A stretch of 64,000 nt of DNA, taken from Longimicrobiales bacterium (GTDB lineage Bacteria; Gemmatimonadota; Gemmatimonadetes; Longimicrobiales; Gaopeijiaceae). Below, piece after piece: positions 31,401 to 40,937 of this stretch. The stretch is from the NCBI GenBank assembly GCA_965203485.1, contig OZ241892.1, positions 32,001 to 96,000 on the forward strand. The letters are read 5' to 3'. Each line of letters starts with the position of its first letter. Position 1 is the first letter of the stretch. The notes under the pieces are model-generated. The model had not been told where the DNA came from. It did no database searches and saw only the letters and a program-made list of their open reading frames with translations. Both the position numbers and the translations under genes were made by a program.

Positions 31401-31818
31401 CAGAGCCCGCGCCGCATCCGCCGAGATTGCCCGCGCCCGCGACCGCCTGCGCCACATGCGGGCCGCCCTCGACGACACGCCGGCGGCGAGCCCCGCCCTC
31501 TACCGCCGTCTGGAAGAGATTGCGGCTCGCGCCACCTCCCTTGCCGCGGAGTTGCAGGGCGACCCCGTTCGCCGCCGCCTGAACGAGCCCTCCGAGCCCT
31601 CGATCGCCGGGCGCGCCGGCCAGATCGCAGGCGGCCACTGGAACACCCGCCAAGCTCCGACCCGGACCCAGCGCGCCAGCCTCCGCATTGCGGAAGCGCA
31701 ACTGGCCGAGGCGACCGCGGCCATCGCCACGCTCCTCGACGAAGACCTGGCCCGGCTGGAGCAGGACATGGAAGCCGCAGGCGCCCCCTGGACGCCCGGG
31801 CGAAGACTGGGGCGGTGA
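28435..31818 (+). CDS. Secreted VPS10/BNR-repeat glycosyl hydrolase-like protein
   Basis: Signal peptide, LGPALMGGRIADIA and repeated S.DGG.TW Asp-boxes. Confidence 0.88.
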   Translation: MRPVLAVLSATVLSTSPAPAPPLAAQQDIAVERIRRAAAGLRLRELGPALMGGRIADIAVHPSDPATWYVAVGSGGVWKTTNAGTTWTPLFDGQPSYSIGAVAIDPSSPNIVWVGTGENVSGRHVGWGDGVYRSLDGGRAWERMGLAGSEHIGKILVDPRDGATVFVAAEGPLWSAGGERGLYKTTDGGASWRAVLQVDEGTGVTDVEFDPKNPDVLYAATYERRRSVWALLAGGPGSGIHKSVDGGETWREATAGLPSGDMGKIGLDVSEANPDVLYATIEAGPDERGFYRSVDRGESWERRNSYISGGTGPHYYQEIEASPHDVDVVYQMDVFVHVTRDGGATFAELGTGREKHSDNHAFWIDPKNPRHILAGTDAGLYETFDEGTTWRHFPNLPISQFYKLALDDAEPFYNILGGAQDLGTLLGPSRTLNVEGVRNRDWSVPLGADGYASAFDPFDPNIAYIQSQQGNLQRLDLRTMELIGIRPLPAPGDPPERWNWDSPVIASPHAAGRIYYASQRLWRSDDHGNSWRAASGDLTRNLNRYELEMAGRVRSVDALYGNTAMSWYSTITTISESPVAEGVLYAGTDDGLIQVSQDGGATWRTAAPLPGVPERAFMNDVKASQFDAGAVFVAADAHKEGDYRPLLFGSADFGRSWQEIGSGLPGGAVVWSVEQDHVNADLLFAGTEFGVQFTPNGGADWIALDAGVPTIAFRDLEIQRRDDDLVGATFGRGFYVLDDYAPLRAMAAGALGDEAMADWAAGGEGAAAPRPANETGEAASPSAVGSGVLLPVRDAWWYVPNVPMQARGRPTLGSTAYVAPNPDFGAVFTYYVQAAPETRRDQRLRAESELRERGEDVPFPGYERLAAEAGERDARVVLLVRDSAGNPVSRIAAPASEGLHRASWDLRRPPPDPVDLSPPGFTPPWAGVRRGALAPPGNYTVEMAFADAAGLHPLGGPRPFVVKPVPVAHANADFPAATAFQEETSEVLRRARAASAEIARARDRLRHMRAALDDTPAASPALYRRLEEIAARATSLAAELQGDPVRRRLNEPSEPSIAGRAGQIAGGHWNTRQAPTRTQRASLRIAEAQLAEATAAIATLLDEDLARLEQDMEAAGAPWTPGRRLGR

Positions 31819-31925
31819 CGTTTGCGGGCGCCGCCGCCGGGCGAAAGAACCCGGCCGGCGCCCGCCTCCGCCCTCGCAGGCCGCGCCGCCGCGCCGATCG
31901 CGAACGCCGCGAAATGCGCCCGCGC

Positions 31926-33356
31926 CTACGAAGGCGGCCGGCGCCGCGAAGCCGGCTGTCCCCCCGGCACGCCCGGCTCGGTCATGCTCCGCACGTCGAG
32001 CGCCGCGTCGAGCTGCCCGGGCGCGACCAAGCCCGTCTCCTCGGCCACGTCGCGCACCGAACGCCCTTCGCGGGCCGCCTTCTTCGCAATCTCGGCCGCC
32101 CGGTCGTATCCCAGCGCCGCGTTGAGCGCCGTGGCAATGGCCGGATTGCGCTCCAGGAGCTCCTTGGCCCGCTCCGGCCGCGCCCGGATCCCGTCCACGC
32201 AACGCTCCGCGAAGGCCGCCGAAGCGTTCGCCAGTAGCGCCACCGACTCGAGCAGCGCGTCGGCGATGACCGGCATCATGACGTTCAGTTCGAAGTTGCT
32301 CCTGTGCCCCGCGAACGTCACCGTCGCCGCATTGCCGGCCACGCGCGCGCACGCCATCATCAACGCCTCCGCCATCACGGGGTTGACCTTTCCCGGCATG
32401 ATCGAGCTGCCCGGCTGGACCGCCGGCAGTTGGATCTCGGCGATGCCGGAGGTGGGACCGCTCGCCAGCCAGCGCACGTCGTTGGCGATCTTGGTCAGGC
32501 TGGCGGCGACGGTGTTGAGCGCGCCGGCGAGCGACACGCAGGCGTCCTTGGCGCCTTGCGCCTCGAAGTGATCCTCGGCCTCGCGAAAGTCGAAGCCGTA
32601 GCGGGCCGACAGCCTGGCGATGGTGCGCCCGGCGAACTCCGGGTGCGCGTTGATGCCCGTGCCCGTGGCCGTCCCGCCCAGCGGCAGCTCGGCCAAGTCG
32701 GCGCACGCGGCGTGAAGCCGGCCCGTCCCCTTTTCCATCTGCCGGGCGTAGCCCCCGAACTCTTGGCCGAGGCGAACCGGCGTGGCGTCCATGAGGTGCG
32801 TCCGCCCCGACTTGACGACGTGGTCGAAGTCGCGCGCCTTCTTCGCGAGAGCGTCGCGCAGGCGGGCCATCGCCGGCAGCAGCTCGCCGCGCACGGCCGC
32901 GACGCTGGCGAGGTGGATGGCCGTGGGAATCGTGTCGTTCGACGACTGGCCGTAGTTGACGTCGTCGTTGGGATGGACGGGCGGTCCCGCGCCGTCGCCG
33001 AGGCGCCGGTTCGCGAGCGCCGCGATCACCTCGTTGGCGTTCATGTTGGTGGACGTGCCCGAGCCCGTCTGGAAGACGTCCAGGGGGAACTCGGCGTCCC
33101 AATCTCCGCGCCCGACTTCGGCGGCCGCTTCCGCAATCGCGGCAGCCCGCTCCGGCGCCAGCAACCCTAGTTCGCCGTTCGTCTCGGCGGCCGCCTGCTT
33201 CAAGCGTCCCACGGCCTCGATGAAGCGTCTGCCGAAGCGCCGCCCGCTGATGGGAAAGTTCTCGACTGCCCTCTGCGTCTGCGCCCCGTACAGCGCATCC
33301 GCCGGCACCCTGACTTCGCCCAGGGAGTCCCGCTCGGTTCGGAACGATTCGCTCAT
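31926..33356 (-). CDS. fumC: Class II fumarate hydratase
   Basis: [51 protein letters not shown]. Confidence 0.93.
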   Translation of the reverse strand: MSESFRTERDSLGEVRVPADALYGAQTQRAVENFPISGRRFGRRFIEAVGRLKQAAAETNGELGLLAPERAAAIAEAAAEVGRGDWDAEFPLDVFQTGSGTSTNMNANEVIAALANRRLGDGAGPPVHPNDDVNYGQSSNDTIPTAIHLASVAAVRGELLPAMARLRDALAKKARDFDHVVKSGRTHLMDATPVRLGQEFGGYARQMEKGTGRLHAACADLAELPLGGTATGTGINAHPEFAGRTIARLSARYGFDFREAEDHFEAQGAKDACVSLAGALNTVAASLTKIANDVRWLASGPTSGIAEIQLPAVQPGSSIMPGKVNPVMAEALMMACARVAGNAATVTFAGHRSNFELNVMMPVIADALLESVALLANASAAFAERCVDGIRARPERAKELLERNPAIATALNAALGYDRAAEIAKKAAREGRSVRDVAEETGLVAPGQLDAALDVRSMTEPGVPGGQPASRRRPPS

Positions 33357-33424
33357 GCGGCCGCCTTCGTTCGGTGGTGGCAGTGTCCGGCAAGGAAGCG
33401 CAAATTCTCTTGATGCGCCACGCC

Positions 33425-36400
33425 ATGCAAGTTGCTGAACCGGCGCGGCGGCGAGACTCCCGAAGCCGGCGTTCGCCGCCGCCCGGGCGCCGCTCGACGA
33501 CATCCCCGTCCTACGCGCCGGGCGCCCGCGTCGTGGTCCGGGACGCGGAGTGGATCGTGCGGCGCGTGGACGCGACGCCGGACGGCGGCCAGCAACTGAC
33601 TTGCGACGGCGTTTCCGAACTCGTGCGCGAGCGCGAGGCGGTGTTCTTGACGCGGCTGGAGCCGCAGATCGAGGTACTGGACCCGGCGCGGACGCGGCTG
33701 GTGCCCGACGATTCGCCGCAGTTCGCCGACAGCCGCTTGTACATGGAGAGCCTGTTGCGCCAGGCCGTCCCCAGCGACGCGCGCGTCCATGTGGGCCACC
33801 TCGGCGCCATGGACTCGGTGGACTACCAGCTGGACCCGGCGCGGCAAGCGCTTCGGCAGCCCCGCCAACGCATTCTCATTGCGGACTCGGTGGGGCTCGG
33901 CAAGACGCTCGAAGCGGGCGTCCTCGTCAGCGAGCTGATCGCTCGCGGACGGGGCCGCAGAATTCTCGTGCTGGCGCTCAAGAGCATGCTGACGCAGTTC
34001 CAAAAGGAGTTCTGGAACCGGTTCACAATTCCGCTCACGCGGCTGGATTCGGTCGGCATTCAGCGCGTGCGGCGGCGGATTCCCACCAGCCACAACCCGT
34101 TCCACTACTACGACAAGTCGATCATCTCCATCGACACGCTCAAGCAGGACAGGGAATACCGGACGTACTTGGAGCAGGCGTACTGGGACGTGATCGTCAT
34201 CGACGAAGCGCACAACGTGGCCGACCGCGGCACCGGGTCGCTTCGGAGCCGGCTGGCCCGCTTGCTGGCTCGGCGCTCCGACACCCTGATCATGCTCACG
34301 GCGACGCCGCACGACGGAAAGGCGCGCAGCTTCGCCAGCCTCGTGAACATGCTGGACGCCACCGCCATCACCGACCCGGAGGACTTTCGGCCCGAGGACT
34401 TTCGCGACAAGGGGCTGGTGATTCGGCGCTTCAAGAAGGACATCCGCGCGGACGTGCGCGAGGCGTTTCGGGACCGCGAAGTGCATCGCATAAGGTTCCC
34501 CGCCTCGGCGAAGGAGGAACGGGCCTACGCGGCGCTCTTGGCGGTGAAGGTGGCGAGGGCGGGCGGGGCGCGGGCTTCGGCGGGCTCGGGAGAGAAGGCA
34601 GGCGGCGGGGTCTTGACGGGCTCGGGAGCAAAGGCAGGCGACTCGATGGCGAACGCCGGCGGCCAAGTCCATCGCGACCTCTTCTTGGTCACACTCGAGA
34701 AGGCCATCTTCTCCAGTCCGGCCGCGTGCTTGGCCACGGTGAACAAGCGCATTCGGCGGCGCGAAAAGGAACTCGACGAAAGGGAGCCGGACCAAAGCGC
34801 GGCTGACGGGACCGGCGCGGCGCCTGCCGTTGCGGTGGCTGCCGAAGTTGGCGCCGAAGTGGCCTCCTTGCGCGCGCTGCAGGAGGCATTGGCCGTGATC
34901 GAGCCGGGCGACTACGCCAAGTACCAGGCTCTGCTGGACGCAATTCGGGGCGGACGGCCGTTCAAGTGGAAGGCCAGAGGCCCTGGGGCGGAGGAGGATC
35001 GGCTGGTCGTGTTCACCGAGCGGATCGAGACGTTGCATTGGTTGCGCAAGCATCTTGCGCAAGACCTTGGGCTCGGCAATGACCAAGTGGCCGTTCTGCA
35101 CGGGACCATGAGCGACGTGGATCAGCAACGCGTGGTGGAGGACTTCGGCAACGCCAAGCGTCCCGTCCGGCTATTGCTTTGCTCGGACGTCGCTTCCGAG
35201 GGCATCAATCTGCACTACCACTGCCACCGCCTGATTCACTTCGACATGCCGTGGTCGCTGATGGTCTTTCAGCAGCGCAACGGGCGCGTGGACCGCTACG
35301 GCCAGAAGCGTCGGCCGCAGATCGTCTACTTGGTCGCCGAGAGCACGAACGAGAGGATCCAGGGCGACACGCGCATCCTCGAAATCCTGGAAGCAAAGGA
35401 CGAACAGGCGTACAAGAACATCGGCGACCCGGCGACCTTCATGAACGTTCACGACGTCTCCGCTGAAGAGGAGATCACGGCCAAGGCAATGTCGGACGGG
35501 GAAGAGGCCGACGACTTCGACGCCCGCCTCCAGCCCAAGTCGAACGAGGGAGAGGACTTGCTGGCGCTGTTCCTGGGGACGGCGGGCGGCGCGGGCGAGC
35601 CAGGACCGACAACCGACTCCCTGGAACCGTCGCCGGAGCTTGGACCGCCTGCCCCGCCGCTGTCGCTGTTCGCCGACGACTTGGCGTACTGCGAACAAGC
35701 GCTTCACCGCCTTCGGACGCGGAACCACGCATGGCGCTTCGAGGCGGCCGCCGACTCGGGTTCGCTGACGCTCGACGCCCCGGACGACCTGCTCCACCGC
35801 TTCGATCCGTTCCCTCGGGAGGTGATCCCGCAGGACGGACGCTTTCGCCTGACGACGGATCGCGAGCGCATCGGCGAGGCCATCGTCGAGAGCCGCCGCG
35901 ACGAGCACGCCTGGCCGAAGCTCCACTACCTCTGGCGGCTGAACCCGGTGGTCGGATGGCTGAACGACCGAATGCTGGCCGCCTTCGGCCGACACCAAGC
36001 GCCCGTCATGGCCGGAACGCCGCAGTTGGCCGACGACGAGGCCGTGTTCGTGCTGTCCGGGATGGTGCCGAACCGCAAGAGCCATCCGCTGGTGCACGAG
36101 TGGGTCGCCGTGACGTTCCGAGGCGGGGAGCGGGCCGGGATCGAGACCTTCCAAGCACTGCTGGACCGGACGGGCCTGAAGGAGCGGGCGGCGCCGAACA
36201 GGAACATTCCGCCCGACTTGGATGCGTTGCAGAAGCTGTTGCCGGACGCCGTCCAGCGGGCGAAGGAATGGCTCGACGGGCAACGGCAGGCGTTCGAGGA
36301 ACGAATGGACGCGCAGCTCAACCGGGAGCTTGCGGCGCTGGAAGACCTCAAGGCGCGCCGCATCGAACAGCTTGCCATCAAGCTGGAACGGTCGCAGAGA

Positions 36401-36550
36401 ACCGAGGCGTTCAAGGCGCACCAGCGCTCCACCGGCGAGCAGGAGATCAAGCAGATGTTCGACGACTACCTGGAGTGGGTTGAAGACACGATGACACTGG
36501 AGCGCCAGCCGTACATCAAGGTCGTCTGCGTGATGGCGGGCGGGCGTTGA
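33425..36550 (+). CDS. SNF2-family helicase (DISARM DrmD-like)
   Basis: [14 protein letters not shown]-terminus, [36 protein letters not shown]. Confidence 0.9.
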   Translation: MQVAEPARRRDSRSRRSPPPGRRSTTSPSYAPGARVVVRDAEWIVRRVDATPDGGQQLTCDGVSELVREREAVFLTRLEPQIEVLDPARTRLVPDDSPQFADSRLYMESLLRQAVPSDARVHVGHLGAMDSVDYQLDPARQALRQPRQRILIADSVGLGKTLEAGVLVSELIARGRGRRILVLALKSMLTQFQKEFWNRFTIPLTRLDSVGIQRVRRRIPTSHNPFHYYDKSIISIDTLKQDREYRTYLEQAYWDVIVIDEAHNVADRGTGSLRSRLARLLARRSDTLIMLTATPHDGKARSFASLVNMLDATAITDPEDFRPEDFRDKGLVIRRFKKDIRADVREAFRDREVHRIRFPASAKEERAYAALLAVKVARAGGARASAGSGEKAGGGVLTGSGAKAGDSMANAGGQVHRDLFLVTLEKAIFSSPAACLATVNKRIRRREKELDEREPDQSAADGTGAAPAVAVAAEVGAEVASLRALQEALAVIEPGDYAKYQALLDAIRGGRPFKWKARGPGAEEDRLVVFTERIETLHWLRKHLAQDLGLGNDQVAVLHGTMSDVDQQRVVEDFGNAKRPVRLLLCSDVASEGINLHYHCHRLIHFDMPWSLMVFQQRNGRVDRYGQKRRPQIVYLVAESTNERIQGDTRILEILEAKDEQAYKNIGDPATFMNVHDVSAEEEITAKAMSDGEEADDFDARLQPKSNEGEDLLALFLGTAGGAGEPGPTTDSLEPSPELGPPAPPLSLFADDLAYCEQALHRLRTRNHAWRFEAAADSGSLTLDAPDDLLHRFDPFPREVIPQDGRFRLTTDRERIGEAIVESRRDEHAWPKLHYLWRLNPVVGWLNDRMLAAFGRHQAPVMAGTPQLADDEAVFVLSGMVPNRKSHPLVHEWVAVTFRGGERAGIETFQALLDRTGLKERAAPNRNIPPDLDALQKLLPDAVQRAKEWLDGQRQAFEERMDAQLNRELAALEDLKARRIEQLAIKLERSQRTEAFKAHQRSTGEQEIKQMFDDYLEWVEDTMTLERQPYIKVVCVMAGGR

Positions 36551-36662
36551 AGACACATGCCGCACGAAGCTGGCCGTGCGGTCCCCGCTTCGCCCCACGC
36601 CCAACCCCTCGCCTTGACCCGCTTCCACCTCCGGCGCCATCGTTCCTGTCGCGATCCCGGAC

Positions 36663-36704
36663 GTCTCATCTTGATTGTCGCCAGGGTCTCATCCTGACTG
36701 TCGC
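36663..36704. repeat. 19-bp imperfect tandem repeat
   Basis: GTCTCATCTTGATTGTCGC (36663) and GTCTCATCCTGACTGTCGC (36686). Confidence 0.7.
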
Positions 36705-36710
36705 TCTACA

Positions 36711-36742
36711 CCACAACGAGAACGAGTTCTAACAGCCACCAC
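36711..36742 (+). repeat. Direct repeat of methyltransferase 5' end (partner at 43664-43694)
   Basis: CCACAACGAGAACGAGTTCTAACAGCCACCAC versus CCACAACGAGAACGAGTTCTACAGCCACCAC (one extra A). Confidence 0.9.
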
Positions 36743-36769
36743 ATCACGAATCCACACAAGGAGGCGTTC

Positions 36770-37963
36770 ATGAACCGCTTCATCCTCAACCTGCTGGCCG
36801 GCGCGACCGCCGCTGTTGTCCGCCGCGCGGCTCCGTCCGCTCTTGCCGCCGCCTGCGTCTTGACCGACGCCGTGCCCGCCCGCGCGCATCAACTGGAGCT
36901 GTGGGCCTTGGCCGACCCTCCGCTCTTCGAAGTGGGGCGGGGCGGGGGCGACGGCGTGCTCTTTGAGTACGTGGGAGACGCCGCTGTCATGGCCGACGGG
37001 AGCGTGCTGGTGGCGGACGCCGGGCCGCGCCGAATCCTTCGGTTTTCCCCGGGCGGAGAGGCGATGGCCGTCTTGGGCGGGACGGGGCGGGGACCGGGCG
37101 AGTTCGGGTGGCTCCAGCATGTTTTCGCGCACGGCGACACGATCATTGCCTACGATTCGTCCTTGCGGCGCGTGACCGCATGGCGCCCCGGCGTGGACGA
37201 TCCGGAAGTCCATTCGCTGCCTCAGATGGACGGCGTTCCTGCGACGTTGAAGGCGGTTGTCTCGTCAAGGACATGGCTTCTCGAGCGCAACAGATACCCG
37301 TCGCTGGGTGGGACCGGCGGCTTGAAGGAACGTCGGCGCGAACTCTTGTCCTTCGATTCCTTCGCGGACGAGTCGGCGTCGCTCGGATCCCGGCTCGTGG
37401 CCTACGACTACGCACACCAGATCGAAGGCGGGTCCATGACGAACAGCGTACCGTTCCTTGGCCGCGCGCATGTCGTGGCGGTCGCGGGGAAGTGGGTGTT
37501 CGCGCCGATGGAAGAGGCGGTGCTCGAGATATGGACATCGCAAGGCCGCTCGCCCGAGCGCCGCATGGCCTTGCCCGTCGAGCGGCCCCGGTACGACCGG
37601 GCGGCGATTCGAGCGTTGCGAGACGAGGAGGCGTCGGCACGGTCCGGCGAGGACGCGCAGCAGGTCCAGAGGGAGTTCGACGGCGTGCTCGGCGAACTCC
37701 CTCCGCTTGCGCCCGCCGTCCACCGGATGGTGCGGATGGGGAGCGACGTGTGGGTTCAGCCGTTCTCGCCCGGCTTGGACGGCGAACCGGAATGGTTGGT
37801 GGTGGACGTCGCCGCGGGAACGGTGCGGGCCACCGTCTCCGTGGACCCAGACCTGACGTTGCTGGCCGGTTCGGACGAGGTTGCTGTGCTCCTGGGCCAG
37901 ACGGCGGCGTTGGAGCAGCAGTTCGTCCAAGTGCGCAGGGTCGTGCGAGCGCCAAGCCCGTGA
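36770..37963 (+). CDS. Secreted 6-bladed beta-propeller-like protein (paralogue 1)
   Basis: RBS AAGGAGG, signal peptide, GGTGRGPGEF, DTIIAYD. Confidence 0.7.
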   Translation: MNRFILNLLAGATAAVVRRAAPSALAAACVLTDAVPARAHQLELWALADPPLFEVGRGGGDGVLFEYVGDAAVMADGSVLVADAGPRRILRFSPGGEAMAVLGGTGRGPGEFGWLQHVFAHGDTIIAYDSSLRRVTAWRPGVDDPEVHSLPQMDGVPATLKAVVSSRTWLLERNRYPSLGGTGGLKERRRELLSFDSFADESASLGSRLVAYDYAHQIEGGSMTNSVPFLGRAHVVAVAGKWVFAPMEEAVLEIWTSQGRSPERRMALPVERPRYDRAAIRALRDEEASARSGEDAQQVQREFDGVLGELPPLAPAVHRMVRMGSDVWVQPFSPGLDGEPEWLVVDVAAGTVRATVSVDPDLTLLAGSDEVAVLLGQTAALEQQFVQVRRVVRAPSP

Positions 37964-38140
37964 GCGGCTGGTCCACTGCCGCCGAAGCCGCGGATGTGGC
38001 CTTGCGGGCCCGGGGCGGGCAACTGGTCCTCACCCACGTGTCGGCCCGTTGCTCGGACGCGCCCCGACTTCTCGAACGGCAAGCGCGCAAGGTGCTCTCG
38101 GCCTCGATAGTGGCTCCCGACGGCCTCTTGGTGGAGCTTG
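37961..38140 (+). pseudogene. rnz: Ribonuclease Z C-terminal fragment
   Basis: STAAEAADVA...LVLTHVSAR...QARKV...VAPDGLLVEL matches the RNase Z C-terminus (HST..EAA..A..LVLTH.SARY..EAR..F..A.DG). The rest of the gene is absent. Confidence 0.7.
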
Positions 38141-38324
38141 GCTACGGGATTATTGGCCGGGTTGCGGCGTGTTCTTGCTTGAGCGGATTGGCAACCGCGT
38201 TGGATATTGCGTCTTTGGCGCGGCAGATGTTCCACACTACCTTAGGAGGGCGGGGACGGACGGCGTGCCGGACGCCCTGGCCGACCGCGTGTTCCGCTTG
38301 CAACTGCGATCCGCCGAGTTGCAG

Positions 38325-39494
38325 ATGCGTCGAAATCTCGCCCGGTCAATGACGTTTCCGACGGCTGGCGTCGCGTGTGCGCTGGGTCTTGTCGCGTGTG
38401 CTCAGGGTGCGAATGCCTTGTGGCTCGCCCAGCTTCCGCAGTGGCGCTTGGCCGATCCGCCCATCGCGGAGGTCGGCCTGGGCGACGGCGTTTTGTTCGG
38501 CAACGTTGAGGGCGCTGCGGCCATGGCCGATGGAAGCGTGTTGATCAGGGACTGGCAATCGTCCGAAATCGTGCGACTGTCCCCGGTCGGCGACGTCATG
38601 GAAGTCTTGGGCGGACCTGGAGACGGGCCGGGCGAGTTTCGGGCTCTCCGAAGGGTGTTCGCGCTGGGCGACACGATCGTGGCTTACGACTCCAATTTGT
38701 CTCGGGTGACGGTTTGGCGGCCTGGAGGCGGAGCACCGGAGATCCATTCGTTGCCCCAGCTCGACGGATCTCCGGCGGATCTGAAGGCGGTGCTGTCGTC
38801 GAACACATGGATTCTCGAGGAAAATCTTGGTGTGTCGAGGGACGACGAGGCAGGACTGAAGGAGCGGCGAAGCGAACTGTGGTTCTTCGACGTCGAGACG
38901 GGAGATTCCGAGTCCATGGGCACGCGGCATGTGGCTTATGACTTCGTGCACCACCTTGAATTCGGAATTGCGTCGTACAGCGTCCCGTTTCTTGGAACGG
39001 CTCACGTTGCATCCGTAGCCGGAATGGGGCTCTTCATTGGCATGGACGACGTCTCTCTCGAGGTGTGGTCGCTCGAACGCGGTGAGCCGGAGCGGCGCGT
39101 CTTGTTGCCGATCGGTCGATCTCGATACAGCCGCGACGCGATTCGTGCTGCGCGAGACGAGGCGTTGTCTGGAGTCTCCGGCGAGCATGCGGCTTTGGTC
39201 CGAGAACGGTTCAATGGCGTGCTCGGAGACCTGCCGCCCCTGGCTCCGCCGGTGCAGAGGATTGTGCGGGTAGGCGAAGATGCGTGGATCCAGCCCTTCG
39301 CTACGGACACTGGAGTCGCCGAATGGATCGTCGTGCGTCCGCTCTCGGCGAGCGTGGTGGCCACTGCGGCCGTCGATCCGAGCATGAGACTCCTTGCCGG
39401 CTCCGGTGACGTGGCCGTGCTCCTGGGCGAGACAGAGGGCCTCGGGGAGCAGTTTGTGCAGTTGCGACGGATCGTTCGAGACCCGCCCGATTGA
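38325..39494 (+). CDS. Secreted 6-bladed beta-propeller-like protein (paralogue 2)
   Basis: Colinear with paralogue 1 (LADPP, AVMADGSVL, GPGEF, GDTI.AYDS, GLKERR, SVPFLG, EQFVQ.RR). Confidence 0.7.
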   Translation: MRRNLARSMTFPTAGVACALGLVACAQGANALWLAQLPQWRLADPPIAEVGLGDGVLFGNVEGAAAMADGSVLIRDWQSSEIVRLSPVGDVMEVLGGPGDGPGEFRALRRVFALGDTIVAYDSNLSRVTVWRPGGGAPEIHSLPQLDGSPADLKAVLSSNTWILEENLGVSRDDEAGLKERRSELWFFDVETGDSESMGTRHVAYDFVHHLEFGIASYSVPFLGTAHVASVAGMGLFIGMDDVSLEVWSLERGEPERRVLLPIGRSRYSRDAIRAARDEALSGVSGEHAALVRERFNGVLGDLPPLAPPVQRIVRVGEDAWIQPFATDTGVAEWIVVRPLSASVVATAAVDPSMRLLAGSGDVAVLLGETEGLGEQFVQLRRIVRDPPD

Positions 39495-39521
39495 CCCGCG
39501 CAGGCATCGCAGTGGCGTACT

Positions 39522-39794
39522 TCAGGCAGGAAGTCGTGGATCGTGCGGGGGTTCGCTATCCAGCATCAGTGTCGGGCAACTGACGCGTCCAGATACGACC
39601 GCCGTAGTCACGACGGCTTCCTGACGCTCGGGTGCCGGCAACCTCCGATTCTCCGTGTGAAAGTCGTGAGCTTCCACGAGATGTGCGAAGACTTCCTCCA
39701 GGCCTTCATGCGGCATGCTGGCGATCAGCAGGCCGCAGGCATGGCGCAAGAAGGCGTCACGCTCGCTATCGACAGGTCGCCAAGTCGCTGACAT
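39522..39794 (-). CDS. Small hypothetical protein
   Basis: 90-aa ORF with protein-like composition (MSATWRPVDSERDAFLRHACGLLIASMPHEGLEEVF). Confidence 0.35.
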   Translation of the reverse strand: MSATWRPVDSERDAFLRHACGLLIASMPHEGLEEVFAHLVEAHDFHTENRRLPAPERQEAVVTTAVVSGRVSCPTLMLDSEPPHDPRLPA

Positions 39795-39934
39795 GATGTC
39801 CGTCTCCCCCGGAGATGGTGGCGTGGAAGTCCGCATCCAAGAAGTCCTGACCGTCTATGACAGGCACCGTTGCGTCAAGCTCCGCCTCGGAAGGTGCCGG
39901 GAAATCCCGACCGTCGGCGTCCGGACACCACTCT

Positions 39935-39992
39935 GGACATCACCACTTGCGAAACGGGACATTCGCCTGTACATTTCAAACATGCGAAATCG
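39935..39992. promoter_or_regulatory. GGACA-array motif copy A (upstream of Fic pseudogene)
   Basis: GGACATcaccACTTGCGAAAcgGGACAttcgcctGTACATTtcaaacatgCGAAATCG. Confidence 0.6.
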
Positions 39993-40001
39993 ATGCTTCC
40001 C

Positions 40002-40567
40002 ATGACCCCACGCGCCTACCAGACCAGCCACCCCTGGATCCGCTTCTCGATCGACCTGGGCCGGGCGTCGCCGCGGCTCTGGGCTCTGCTGGGGCAGGCC
40101 GTGGCCTTCTGCGAGCAGGTTTCGGGGGCCGTCTTGCCGCCGCGCGCCGCCCAGGAGCTCTACCGGACGTACCTCGTCAAGGGCGCCAGGGCGACCACCG
40201 CCATCGAGAACAACACGCTGACCGAGGAGCAGGTGGGCCGGGCGCTGGACGGCGCTCTCGACTGCCGCCGTCGCAGGAGTACTTGGGACGGGAAGTGCGC
40301 AACATCTTGGACGCCTGCAATAGCATCTGCGACCAGATCAGGGGCGGTAGCCCTCCGCGGCTCACGCGAGAGTGGATCGCCGACGCCAACCGGGCCGTGC
40401 TCGATGGACTGGAGGAGGTGCTGGGAGAGGGGGTCGTTCCGGGGGAGGTTCCCGCCTTTCGGGTCGGGGTCGGTCGGTATCGAGCCGCGCCGAGGGAGGA
40501 CTGCGACTACCTGCTGGACCGCCTTTGCCGGTGGCTGGACGAGGACGACGTGCCGGGTCCGAGTTGA
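40002..40567 (+). pseudogene. Truncated, frameshifted Fic-family gene (duplicate of 42282 gene)
   Basis: Near-identical to 42282-42844. One C is missing near 40262, and similarity stops at GTGCCGGGTCCGAG (about 40563), before the Fic motif. Confidence 0.9.
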
Positions 40568-40604
40568 CTGCTTCAGTATCAACGCTGGATCGGAAGGAGC
40601 CTTC

Positions 40605-40850
40605 ATGCCAATCTGGAGCGACATACTTAAGGAATTAGCTGAGGCAACTCCACAAGGGGAGCCTCTGGCCTTTGACGTAGTCCGCAGGAGATATCTCGCA
40701 CAGTTGCACAAGCATTCCGAGCGCAACGTTATTCTGTACGCATCCGCGTGGCTCCAGACCTACATGTTTAGAGAAGAGAACGATTCGTCCCAAAGAGCTG
40801 AATCGATTGCGGAGAGGCTTGCCGATCACAGGGGAGTTCGGGAGCCATAG
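40605..40850 (+). pseudogene. Internally deleted SDH-family Clp-fold serine protease remnant
   Basis: RBS AAGGAG. MPIWSDILKEL...FDVVRRRYL..LH..RNVILYASAWLQ is joined directly to YMF...AESIAERLADH. Confidence 0.55.
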
Positions 40851-40937
40851 CAGACATCTGTCAGTTAGGCTTTAGTGTCGGGCAACACGGCCCGGCACCA
40901 CCACACCCCAAGGCCTCTGGACCAGAAAGGCGATGCG

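Noticed and set aside
28366..33426. 1686-aa minus-strand ORF
   Set aside because: Shadow ORF of the glycosyl hydrolase and an off-frame reading of fumC. Arg/Gly-rich with no motifs, typical of high-GC DNA.
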